Origin: Hyaloraphidium curvatum SAG 235-1
Taxonomy: Eukaryota > Fungi > Monoblepharomycota
Direction: 5' to 3'
NCBI GenBank assembly: GCA_025558095.1
Contig: JAIVFI010000016.1
Span: forward strand, 248,001 to 312,000
Length of the DNA stretch: 64,000 nt
The notes under the pieces are model-generated. The model did not search any database, was not told where the DNA came from, and saw only the letters and a program-made list of their open reading frames with translations. Of the stretch, positions 1 through 9,690 are shown piece by piece. How positions within the stretch are numbered: the stretch's first letter is position 1; each line of letters starts with the position of its first letter. The position numbers and the translations under genes are program-made.

Positions 1-63
1 CTTCTGGACGCACTTCGTGGGTCTTCCGGCGGACCCCTTTGGCAGGTGCTGACACCGCTGCAG

Positions 64-735
64 GTCGAGAATGTCCTGATTTACCAAGCTACGCTCTTTG
101 TGCCCATCTGGTACCTGATCCGCGAGGTCGTCGCGGACAAGTGGAACACGGGGCAGGTCGACCTCGAGTGGCACGGCGACCTCAAGGGCATCGCCTCGCT
201 CGCCGGCATGATCATCGCAGTCTATATGGCCTTCGACACGGGATATTATCACACGCACTGGCTCGTACACAACGTGCCGACCCTCTACAAGGCCATCCAC
301 CGCCGGCACCACGAGCTCCTGCCGGTGCAGGTGTACGTCTCTGCGCGCGCCGAGATCATCGAGAACCTGGTGTTCGTCAGCCCCTGGCTCACGGCCTTCG
401 TCTGGTGCCTGCTCAACGGGTACATCCCCGGCGGGCTCAACGTGCCCAACATCCTCCTGACCATCCTCACCCTCTCGGCGGACTTTTCGTTCGTGCACCT
501 CGGGTACGAGGACCACTGGGCTCTGTACCTCGCCAACCCGCTCTCCATCTTCATGATGCTCGTTCCCGGGCGCAGGGGCTTTGTTGCAGGCCACGAACAC
601 CACCACACTTTGCTGCTTTGCAACTACGCGCCGCTGAGCAAGTTCTGGGACCTGGTGTGGGGCACCGCCAGGTATCCATCGCCGGCTCTCTACAAAACCG
701 TGGACGAGCTGGAGGGGAAGGCGAAGGCGGGCTGA
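64..735 (+). CDS. Fatty acid hydroxylase/sterol desaturase superfamily protein, last exon (5' part outside window)
   Basis: His boxes HTHWLVH, HRRHH and HEHHH; hydrophobic segments; C-terminal KAKAG (KxKxx ER retrieval). Branch site gctgac and acceptor cag end at 63. Confidence 0.85.
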   Translation, partial: VENVLIYQATLFVPIWYLIREVVADKWNTGQVDLEWHGDLKGIASLAGMIIAVYMAFDTGYYHTHWLVHNVPTLYKAIHRRHHELLPVQVYVSARAEIIENLVFVSPWLTAFVWCLLNGYIPGGLNVPNILLTILTLSADFSFVHLGYEDHWALYLANPLSIFMMLVPGRRGFVAGHEHHHTLLLCNYAPLSKFWDLVWGTARYPSPALYKTVDELEGKAKAG

Positions 736-916
736 GGCTTGGTCGCATGCATTCGGAGAGCGAGTAGTGTGTATCGGCAAGCAGTACCTCTCTTGCAGGG
801 GAATCTTAGTTGCAATGAAGAGCGATTGTTTTCTCGTACCGTCCGAGCGCGGGAGCTTGGGCACGGGGGTTGGGTCCGTGGGAGGCAACTACCCCGAAAT
901 CCCGAATCTGAGCTCC

Positions 917-1462
917 ATGAAAGCTCAAGACCGCGCCAAACTGCTTGCCACCCTGCAGACCCGCTTCGAAAAGCACCCCGAGCGCCACGATGGCGTTGCC
1001 TGGGCGGCCGTCCGCGCCCGGCTCGACCGCGCCCCGGACGCGCTCGGTGTTCTCGCGCGCATGGAGGCCTCCGGCGGCGAGCCCGACGTCATCGGCTACG
1101 ACGAAACGACGGACCAGTTCATGTTCTGCGACTGCTCGGCCGAGAGCCCCGCAGGCCGGCGCAGCCTGTGCTACGACGACGCTGCGCTCGCCAAGCGGAA
1201 GCGCTCCCCGCCCGCCGGCAGCGCCGCGCAGGCCGCCGCGGACATCGGCATCTCCCTGCTCACGGAGGAGCAGTACCGGACCTTGCAAGCGCTCGGCGAG
1301 TTTGACACGAAGACGTCGAGCTGGATCGCCACCCCGCCGGACGTGCGCGCCCTGGGTGGCGCGCTGTTCGGCGACCGCAGGTACGGCAGGGTGTTTGCGT
1401 ACCACAACGGCGCAGAGTCGTACTATGCTGCGCGCGGGTTCCGCGGCATCCTGCGGGTCTAG
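917..1462 (+). CDS. DUF4256 family protein (bacterial-type, intronless)
   Basis: Motifs GGEPDVIG, DCSAESPAGRRSLCYD, LLTEEQY, FDTKTSSW, GGALFGDRRY and YHNGAESYYAARGFRG match the DUF4256 family as I recall it; ATG at 917. Confidence 0.85.
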   Translation: MKAQDRAKLLATLQTRFEKHPERHDGVAWAAVRARLDRAPDALGVLARMEASGGEPDVIGYDETTDQFMFCDCSAESPAGRRSLCYDDAALAKRKRSPPAGSAAQAAADIGISLLTEEQYRTLQALGEFDTKTSSWIATPPDVRALGGALFGDRRYGRVFAYHNGAESYYAARGFRGILRV

Positions 1463-1581
1463 GCGGACCGGTCGGCGTTCCCTTCCTCCGATGCGATGGA
1501 TTGATGGATACAAGGAGGCACCAGCGCCATGTTTATGTTGGGCAAGACGAGCAAGCAGCTCGCGGGCCGGCCAGCCGTCGA

Positions 1582-2709
1582 TCACGGGAAGAGGCGGCGC
1601 CGGGCCGCGGGGGGCAGCGAGGCGCGCACCGCCTCCGCCACCAGGCGCCCGCTGGCCAGACCCAGGTGTCGCGCGGCGTTGCGCGTGCTGAACCCCGGCA
1701 CGATCCCCCGGGCACCGTGGCCAGCCCGGGCATCGCCGTCTTCGGGCTCGCTCTCGTCGCTGGGGAGGGGGGCAGGGCGGGTCAATGCCGGTGCCAACGG
1801 CGGCCGCGGAGCAGCCCACGTGTCGGAGATGGTCTCGACCGGCGGCAGGTCGTCGTCGTCGTCTTCCGTGCGGGCGTGCCCGCTCACGGGGGCGTGGCTC
1901 CCCGGTAGCTCGGGGCGGGGAGGCGGGGCGTGAACCCCGTCCTCGTGGTCAGTGTCGCTGCGATCGGGGAGTCGATGTAAACCGGAGCAATGAAGGGCGC
2001 GGTGTTGCCCACCTTTCCGAGTCCGACGATCCGTCGGCACCGTCGAGGTACACCTTGACCTTCCTATCCTTGCCGTTCGACCACAAACTGCGCTTGCACG
2101 GCGGTAAGTTGCCGTAGAACTCCCCGAGAGCTTCCTTCATGTCGCCCATGCGTGCCACCAGCAGCTCCGCCGCCAGCGCAGGCGCGACGGGGGCCACCAG
2201 CTTGATCGCGCGCTCGAAATGGGCCTGCTTCGCGACCCGCAGCTTGATCCTCGCGACCGCCACGGTCTTTTGCAGCCTCCACTCGGCCGCGACGGCGAGC
2301 TGCTCCGCAGCCCGTCGCGGGAACCCGCGCAGCTGCGACACCGGGCCCACGAGCGCGCGGTCGGCCTCTTCGGGGAGCTCCGCCACGCAGTACTTGTCAC
2401 CCAGCGCGAGCAGGGCGCGCAGCTCGTCGTGCGCCAGGTCCTCGGCGCCGAATCCGGGGTCGCGGTAGATCCAGCGGAGCAGACCGCGGAGGCAGAGTCC
2501 TCGGGGAGTTCGCAGCGCGCCGGTGCGGCCTCCTTGTACGGCCCGGCCGCGGCGGCGGCGAAGAAGGGCGAGAAGCGGGCGAGGAAGACCCTGTGCACGC
2601 GGAACTCTGCGGCGGCGGGGCCGGTGCCGGCGACGAGCGTGAAGTCGGGCGGGCAGCCCGGCACGGAGAGGAACGCCGGGGGATCGGCGGGGGCGGCGGG
2701 GGCGGCCAT
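1582..2709 (-). pseudogene. BTB/POZ-domain protein with apparent frameshift (paralog of 7329..8210)
   Basis: DFTLVAG...FRVHRVFLARFSPFF...CELPED in one frame continues as LLRWIYRD...LGDKY in another; the break is near 2481-2484. Probable intron 1958..2012 joins an acidic/Pro-rich tail ending at 1582. Confidence 0.7.
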
Positions 2710-2832
2710 GATGCGCGAGTGCGGTGGATGGCAGTTTGCTCCGAGGGGCGAAGCGGCCGATGTTGAGAACGCGGGTTGAGAGCTCACAGGATCGCCTCCC
2801 TTCAGTGCTTCCGCTCTGTTGCTCCGACCGCG

Positions 2833-4301
2833 ATGGACGAAGCTGCCGAGTGGGTCCGCCGCCGCGCTGCCCGGCACTCCGCTCATCGCCCGTCGCAGCG
2901 ACGAACCGTCCCCCAACCGCGGCGCCCCGAAGTCGCCGCGGCTCCCTCCGATCCCGGGAGGCTCCGATGGCGCCGGCGAGGACCCGCTCGAGGTCGCGAT
3001 GCGCGCGCACGCGGTGTTCGGGGACTGGCTGCGGGTGCTGCTGGGCTCGGCCCTGGGGGAGGACGGGATGCAGCTGGTACGACCCTCGCCGCTGTCAAAC
3101 GTCAATTGCCCCGCTGACCCCCGTTGCCCAGCTCCGCACGGCCCTCGCGGAAAAGACAGCCGCTCTCGACGCCGCCAACGCCGCCCTCGCGAAGCTCGAG
3201 TCCGAGGCCGCCACGCTGCGGCGGCACAACGACGAGCTGCGGAGGCTCTGCGCCTCGGCGAGGGAGGCCGGGAACAAGCTCGCCGAGGAGGTCGTCGTGC
3301 TGAAGAAGGCGAACGCGAATCTGGCGGCCAAGGCCAGGGCGGCGGGGGCAAAGGTGTCTTTCGTGCCGGAGGCGCCGGCGGCGAGCCCGGGGAGGCCAGG
3401 CGAGGCGGATGGGAGCAAGACGGGCCCGCAGGCGGTTCCCCGGGCGCCAGGCACAGCGCCGGGGGCACCGCAACCTTCAGCCTCGCGCGAAACCCCGGCG
3501 CAACCGCGCCCGGGCGCCGCCGACGGCCGTTCCGCGCCCACGACATCCTCCACCGGCCCCAAACCGCCTCTCGCACCCGCCGGCCCGAAACCTCTCCAGG
3601 TGGCCGCTAGCCCCGCCAGGCCCAAACTTTCCTCCCCGGCACACTCCCCCTCCTCCAGCGGCGCTTCCCACCCCACACCCGCCCTCCCCACGGGCCCCAA
3701 ACCCCCCACCCCCGCCTCCAAACCGCCCAACCCCCCCGCCCCCACATCCCCTCCCCCCCGCACCGGCCCCTCGGGCCTGCGCATCCTCGTGCAGGACCTC
3801 TCCCGCGCGCACGAGGGGGACCCGGCCTCGCTGCGCGAATGGCTCCGCCTCGCCAAGCTCCGCAATGGCAGGATCCGCAACGCCGCCTATGGCGCCGGCC
3901 GCGCGGCGGGGACCGAGGACGGGCGGAGGGAGAGGGTGCTGGCGTACGTGGAGGCCAGGTTCCCGTTCCTGTGGGAACAGTGGGACCCGGAGAGGGCGGG
4001 GGAGTACGAGGCGCTGGCGGCGGCAGGCGAGGGGGCTCGGAGGCGGCGCAGGGAAGAAGGGGAGGAAGAGGGGGCGGCGAAGAGGGCGAGGATCGGGGGC
4101 GGCGCCGGCGACGGGGGCGGCGCCGGCGAGGCGGGCGGCGACGGGGCGGATGCGGTGATGGTGGAGGCTCCCGCTGAGCCTGGAACGGACGGAGGCGGGG
4201 GGTCGACGTCGGAAGACCTCGACGAGGACATTCTCTGGGACGACGAGGACGGGGATGAGGTGCACGTGCCTGTGCCAGGAGCGGCGTGGGTCGACGGTTG
4301 A
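2833..4301 (+). CDS. Hypothetical protein: coiled coil, Pro-rich linker, small helical domain, acidic tail
   Basis: ATG 2833; two probable GT-AG introns (~2850-2898, ~3077-3131); heptad pattern LRTALAEKTAALDAANAALAKLESE. Confidence 0.6.
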
Positions 4302-4733
4302 CTGGGCCAAAGGGGACCGCGGAAGTTGCGAGCTGGTTTCTTTGTCGATTCGTTCATTGCGCAATGCATGCTTAGAATTGATTTCATTCCTTCTCTCGCT
4401 GCGAGGTCAAGATTGTGCACAAGATGGTCCGCCGCTAATTGCTGTGTCCGATGGTGAGGCCGGGAGACGACTTCTGTGTCAACAAGGGGCCAGATCGACT
4501 CGTCATACGCATGCTGCGTTTCTCAGAGAGGGATTCGATTGCCTATTCGGAGCGAGGGGCGATCGGGGACAGGGGACAGTGGGACCTGATCTGCGGCGAG
4601 GCGGTGTTGGGCGCAGCCGCCGCAGCAGCTCAAGCCCCACAGGCGGCTCCTCAGCAACCTCTGCGGAAAAACCGGCCATCGCGAGTTCTCTCCACCTCAT
4701 CGCCCCCTCCGACCAGCGCATCCCACGCGTGCA

Positions 4734-5840
4734 ATGGCATTCAGCGTCTCCGCGCCCATGCGGCGCCTGCGCGGCGTCGCCCTGGCGGCGGCGTGCGCGC
4801 TCCTGCTCGCCGCGCCCGCGGCCGCGCAGCTCCCCGCGGCGCGGCAGGCCGACCTCGGCCAGCAGCAGGCGCCCGACGCGCCCGACGACGGCGCGCTGCC
4901 CGAGCAGGTCGCCGCCGGCTGCAAGGTCGCCGGCTGCTTCGGCGAAATCTGCCTGGCCGAGGCGGCAGCGGACCCCGAGCCGGACTGCTCGGCCGTCGCA
5001 GACAAGTCCGAGAACCAGTGCTACTGGGGCACCGCGCAGTCGTTCGACTCGGCGACAAACGAAATCACCTGGTTCGACCAGGTGTCCGCACTGCCAGCAG
5101 GCGCAAAGCCGCTCGCATACTGCGCGCCCTCGGGCTCCTCCTGCGCCTGGCAGGCCAACCCGCAGCTGACGGCCTGCGTCGAGCACTTCAAGACCGTGCC
5201 CATCGAGACGCCCACCGACCCCGAGCCGACGACCCCCGAGGAGCCCACGGCGCCCGTCGACCCCGTCCCCGAGCCCGAAAACAACAACTTCACCTGCCGG
5301 ATGTGCAACGACTACTGCGGCCGCTACTACGAGGGCGACGAGTGGTCCTGCGACGCGGCCAGCACCCTCGACCCCGCCACGCAGAAGTGGGTCGCCTGCT
5401 TCCAGGAAACCGACTGCCAGCGCTACGAGCTCCCCGCCTACGACGAGCCCGACAACGGCACCGTGATCACCCCCAACCCCGCGCGCATGTCCAAGCTCTC
5501 CCGCCGGGGCAAGCTCGCGGGAAGGCAGGCATCTGCCGTGTCGTACGACTGCGCATTCGCGCCCGACGCCCGGCCGGGGCTGCGCGAGTGCCTCGTGGCG
5601 GCGAGCTACCCGTACCTCGACGACAACTCGGGCACCGGCACGGACACGGGCGAGCCCGAAAGCGGCAGCGGGGCGGAGCCGTCGCAGTCGGAGGCCGCGG
5701 CCACCGCGACGTCCGCGGCTGCGCTGCCCACGCAGCCCGCTGCGCTCTCGACCACCAGCTCCAGGGTCAGCTCGGCCGGGCGGCTGGCTGCCGGCGCCAG
5801 CGCTGCTTTCATGCTCGCCGCTTCGGCGCTGCTCCTCTGA
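4734..5840 (+). CDS. Secreted Cys-rich, probably GPI-anchored surface protein
   Basis: N-terminal hydrophobic signal (VALAAACALLLAAPAAA), two Cys-rich repeats separated by a P/E/T linker, S/T/A-rich stalk, hydrophobic C-terminus (AAFMLAASALLL). Confidence 0.8.
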   Translation: MAFSVSAPMRRLRGVALAAACALLLAAPAAAQLPAARQADLGQQQAPDAPDDGALPEQVAAGCKVAGCFGEICLAEAAADPEPDCSAVADKSENQCYWGTAQSFDSATNEITWFDQVSALPAGAKPLAYCAPSGSSCAWQANPQLTACVEHFKTVPIETPTDPEPTTPEEPTAPVDPVPEPENNNFTCRMCNDYCGRYYEGDEWSCDAASTLDPATQKWVACFQETDCQRYELPAYDEPDNGTVITPNPARMSKLSRRGKLAGRQASAVSYDCAFAPDARPGLRECLVAASYPYLDDNSGTGTDTGEPESGSGAEPSQSEAAATATSAAALPTQPAALSTTSSRVSSAGRLAAGASAAFMLAASALLL

Positions 5841-6126
5841 ACGCTTTCCGATCGGGAGGGACAACCTATGGGGCTTCGACACGCAGTGATCAGTGATCGC
5901 TGATCTGCGGCAACAAAGACGAACGGACATGAGCCCGACGGGCATAATGACACGGGGGCCATCGCGTGATTATCCATATGTAAACGGACTGCACGCCATC
6001 ATAGACTGGACTTGATCCGACTCGAGGGTTCCCCGGCCGCGTCGTCGATCGCTTGGGCCCGTTCCCTTTGCCTCCCTCAACTTCCCGCACCTCCCGAGGT
6101 CCGCCGCCCCGATTCCCTCCATCGCC

Positions 6127-7175
6127 ATGGCTCCGCTCCGCATCGCGGTCTTTGGAGACCCGCAGATCGGCCTGGCCGGCGCCAACAAGGTCCGCGTCCC
6201 CCCCGCGTGCGCTGCCCCCATCGCCGCCTGACGCTCCGTGTCGGCGATTAGGATGCCGAACGCTTCCTCCGCGCCGTCAAGCGCGTCAACGCGATGGGCG
6301 TGCAGGCCGCCGTCATCTGCGGCGACCTGACGCAGAGCCAGGAGGACTATCAGGTGGCCAAGTACCGCCGCGTCGAGGCGATGCTCGAGTGCCAGGTGGG
6401 TCCCCCGCGCGCTGGCACACGATCGCACGACGTGCTCATCGTTCGGCATAAGGTGTTCCGGGTGCCGGGGAACCACGACATTTGGAACCACGCCACGCAC
6501 CGGAAGTTCCTCCGCGACCACGGGATGGAGAGCACCTGGTCGGCCGCCGAAATCGGGGGCTGCGTGCTCGTGCTGCTCGACACCGTCGTCCTCAACGCGA
6601 GCCCGGAATCGGGCCTGCTCGCAGAGAAGGCCCAGGAATGGGCGTGGCTCGAACGCACGCTCGCGGAGCACGAGGGGAAGCGGGTGCTCGCGTTCGGGCA
6701 CCACCCCCCGTGGTCCACCGATCCCGACGAGGACGGAAGGGGACCGCCGCCGGATCCGAAGCTGCTTGCGACGCTGCCGCCGCACTGGGCGGGCATGTTC
6801 CACTCGGACGACTTCAGGCTCGAGTGCTTCCGGCGGGAGGAGAGGGCGAGGTTCCTCGCGCTTCTCGAGAAGCATCGCGTCGCGGCATACCATTGCGGTC
6901 ATACCCACACTAATGACCTGTGGTTGCGGGCGGGAGGCGTTCCGTCTTACGCGGTTGCGGGCACGACGATGCTGGTGCCGGACTACGACGGTTCGCGCAA
7001 CGGGATCCGCATCCTGGACCTCGGCGAGGACGGCCAGCTTAGGAACGAGTTCGTCGAGATGGCCTTCGAGGGCGAGCTGAAGCCGCCGTACTTCCCGCCG
7101 GGGACGGTGGACATCCTGCGCAAGAGGGAGGAGGAGGAGCGGGCCCGGAAGGGGAAGGCGAGCGCGTCGCTGTGA
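6127..7175 (+). CDS. Calcineurin-like metallophosphoesterase (CPPED1-like)
   Basis: Motifs GDPQIG, CGDLT, PGNHD, GHHPP and CGHTH; introns 6190..6251 and 6396..6452. Confidence 0.85.
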
Positions 7176-7328
7176 TCGGCGCGACGGGAACGTCGCTATC
7201 CTTTGTATCATTGCATTTTTGCATCGTATCAGACAACTTGCATGTGCCAAGAGGGCGGTTTGCGTGCTGTCATCGAATCGGTTGAGAGGTGACGCCCGTC
7301 CCTCAACGTTTCGGCACCTCAAGAAGCG

Positions 7329-8210
7329 ATGGCCCCTCCTCCTCTGCCCGATGCGTCGCTCCGCTTCCTCTCCGTTGCCGGCTGCGCATCGGACTTTCTC
7401 GTCGTCGCGGGGTCGGGCAAGACCAAGGCCGAGTTCCCCGCCCACCGCGCCGTCCTCGCATGCGCATCCCCCTTCTTCGCTGCGGCGGCGGGCAGCACCT
7501 TCAAGGAGGGCATTTCGGGGCGATGCGAGCTGCCCGAGGACGATGCGTCGACCGTGAAGCTGCTTCTGCGCTGGATCTACCGCGACGCTGCTTTCGCGTT
7601 CGTGCAGTTGAAACCCAAGGAGCTGCACTCGATGCTCACGCTGGGTGACAAGCTAGGCATCGAGCGGCTCCCCGAAGAGGCCGACCGCGCGCTCCTCGGG
7701 CCCGTGCTGCAGCGCATGTTCACGACGGAACTGGGCGAGCTCTTCGCGGTGGCAGCCGGCGCGGACCTCGCGAAGACGGTCGCTGCCACGAAAGTCAAGC
7801 TGCTGGAGGCGCCGCAGGACGTGTTCGAGGAGGTGCTGGACCTCGTCACGGCCGTCAAACCGTCGTTGGCGTGCGAGCTTGCGGTGGAGCGGATGAAAGA
7901 AATGAAGTCAGCGATGGCTGACGTGGCTGTCGGCACGGCAAAGGAGAAGCTGGCAAAGTTCCTCGCCAAGCCCCCTCCGAAGCGGCACAGGGCCAATTTC
8001 ACGTACGGTATCAGTTTCGTGACTCCACACCATCCCTTTTCTTCTGACCGCCAGCGAAGTGACATCGAGTCGGACGATGAAATTCGTCCTATCCCCAACC
8101 GGTTTCGGGCGAGACAGATTCGCACTCCCGGTTGGTTCAAGGCCGTTCGTGGCCAGGCGAATCATAGAGACCCTTACGCTCACACACCCACAGGGGCCGA
8201 CGACAACTGA
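7329..8210 (+). CDS. BTB/POZ-domain protein
   Basis: SDFLVVAG...FPAHRAVLACASPFF...CELPEDDASTVKLLLRWIY...LGDKL is a BTB signature. Confidence 0.85.
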   Translation: MAPPPLPDASLRFLSVAGCASDFLVVAGSGKTKAEFPAHRAVLACASPFFAAAAGSTFKEGISGRCELPEDDASTVKLLLRWIYRDAAFAFVQLKPKELHSMLTLGDKLGIERLPEEADRALLGPVLQRMFTTELGELFAVAAGADLAKTVAATKVKLLEAPQDVFEEVLDLVTAVKPSLACELAVERMKEMKSAMADVAVGTAKEKLAKFLAKPPPKRHRANFTYGISFVTPHHPFSSDRQRSDIESDDEIRPIPNRFRARQIRTPGWFKAVRGQANHRDPYAHTPTGADDN

Positions 8211-8339
8211 TCCTCTACAAGGGCGGATGATCAGCTATGTCGGATGCGTGTTTTCATTCACTGCTGATGCACGCATAGACCGTCGTCTATGCCATGTCGC
8301 TCTCGCCAAAGACCGGTTTCGTCCCCACCCTCGTACGGC

Positions 8340-9568
8340 CTACTTGATCGCGATCGGGTTCACCGGCGAGCCCACGGCCTTGGAAACGGGGATGGGTGGG
8401 GCGGTGAAGAGGAACTCGTAGACTCCGTCGGCAGCACTGTCGCATACGAGTCATGTGAGCTTCCTGTGGCAGCTGGGAGGCACCAGGAGGACCCACCAGT
8501 CGTCCGCAAGCTCCTTGAGGTCAAACATCTCACCGAGGTGGACGCCCATCTTCGGGAGGAGGATCCAGTGCAGGGGGCATGCGGCTGAGTCGGTTTTGAA
8601 GTCAGTTCAAGAGTGCCTGGGGCAAGATATAGCTCACCATCGGCAAACTCGAAAGGGCAAACTTCGACACAGAAAGTGTCGGAGCAGATGGCGGCGACGT
8701 CTTTCTCCTTGATCCAGGGCAGCGACTCGAACCCAATACCCGGCGATGGCCCGATGTACCCGGTCCAGTCGCCCGAGCGCGGGGCGTCCTCCTTGTGACC
8801 AGTGCGGATGAGCAGGAAATCCCCCGCCCGCACCTCGACCCCCTGCTTGGCCGCGCACGCGGCGAGGTCCTCGCCGGTGAAGGCGAGGCCGGGCTCGAGC
8901 TTCTTGCCGAGGAAGCGCGCCATGTCGAGGAGCACGCCGCGGCCGACCATGCGGGCCTTTGTCTTTTCGATGCCGCACTTGTGGGCACCGAAGCTGTCGA
9001 CCTCGGTCGCCGAGTAGCCGTTCCACATGATGTCCTGCAGCGGACTGCCTGAGAGCCCGTCGCCGCAAGTCCAGACGCCTGACTGACCTTGTAGAAGACG
9101 TGCGACAGGGCGTCCCACTGTGTGCCGGACTGTAGCGGCATGGTGACAATGTCGTCCGCATACCGCAGCTTGCCGGCATCCTGCTTGCCGTAGACGGCGT
9201 CGGCTCCCGTCCTCAGCATCGTGTGTATGCAGTTGAAGCGCTCGCCGTTGCCCTGCTGCGGGCCGTTGCGCGCGAAATCCAGGCCGAGCGCGTAGGTCTT
9301 GCCCGTCTTGACCAGCTTGGCCGCGGCGGCGACGACCTCGGGCGTCACGAGGTTGAGCGTGCCGAGCTCGTCGTCGGGGCCCCAGCGGCCCCAGTTGGAG
9401 CACTTCTCGGCCATGGAGTCGATGTCCGCCAGCGTGTACTGGCGCTCGCTCTGGCAATGTGGCGAAGATGTTCCGGGGATTGGCGGGCGGGGTCAAGCAA
9501 GGGACACGCGTCAGGGCCAAGCCGATCGTGCGGATACGCGTTTGGAGACGCACGTAGAGGTGCGGCAT
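8340..9568 (-). CDS. Cyclase-family metal-dependent hydrolase (kynurenine formamidase-like fold, QxxTQxDxxxH subtype)
   Basis: NWGRWGPDDELGTLN, LQSGTQWDALSH, GRGVLLD, GDFLLIRTG, C-terminal DCAADGVYEFLFTAPP...GSPVNPIAIK*. Four inferred introns (first 9451..9553). Confidence 0.85.
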
Positions 9569-9601
9569 TGTGAGTTTTCCGGGACTTTACGGGGATGCTC
9601 G

Positions 9602-9663
9602 GTGGGGGACGTTTGCCGGAGTTTCTCGCGCGTCGAACGTTCCGACATCCGCAACGTCCCCAC
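9602..9663. promoter_or_regulatory. Imperfect inverted repeat centred in the bidirectional promoter of the cyclase and aminotransferase genes
   Basis: Left arm gtgggggacgtttgccgga (9602-9620) versus right arm tccgcaacgtccccac (9648-9663); exact core ggggacgtt/aacgtcccc. Confidence 0.55.
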
Positions 9664-9690
9664 TTTCGAACGCGGCCGTGAACCGACACA

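Noticed and set aside
3640-3780. C-rich tract (G-quadruplex potential on the minus strand)
   Set aside because: Explained by poly-proline coding sequence.
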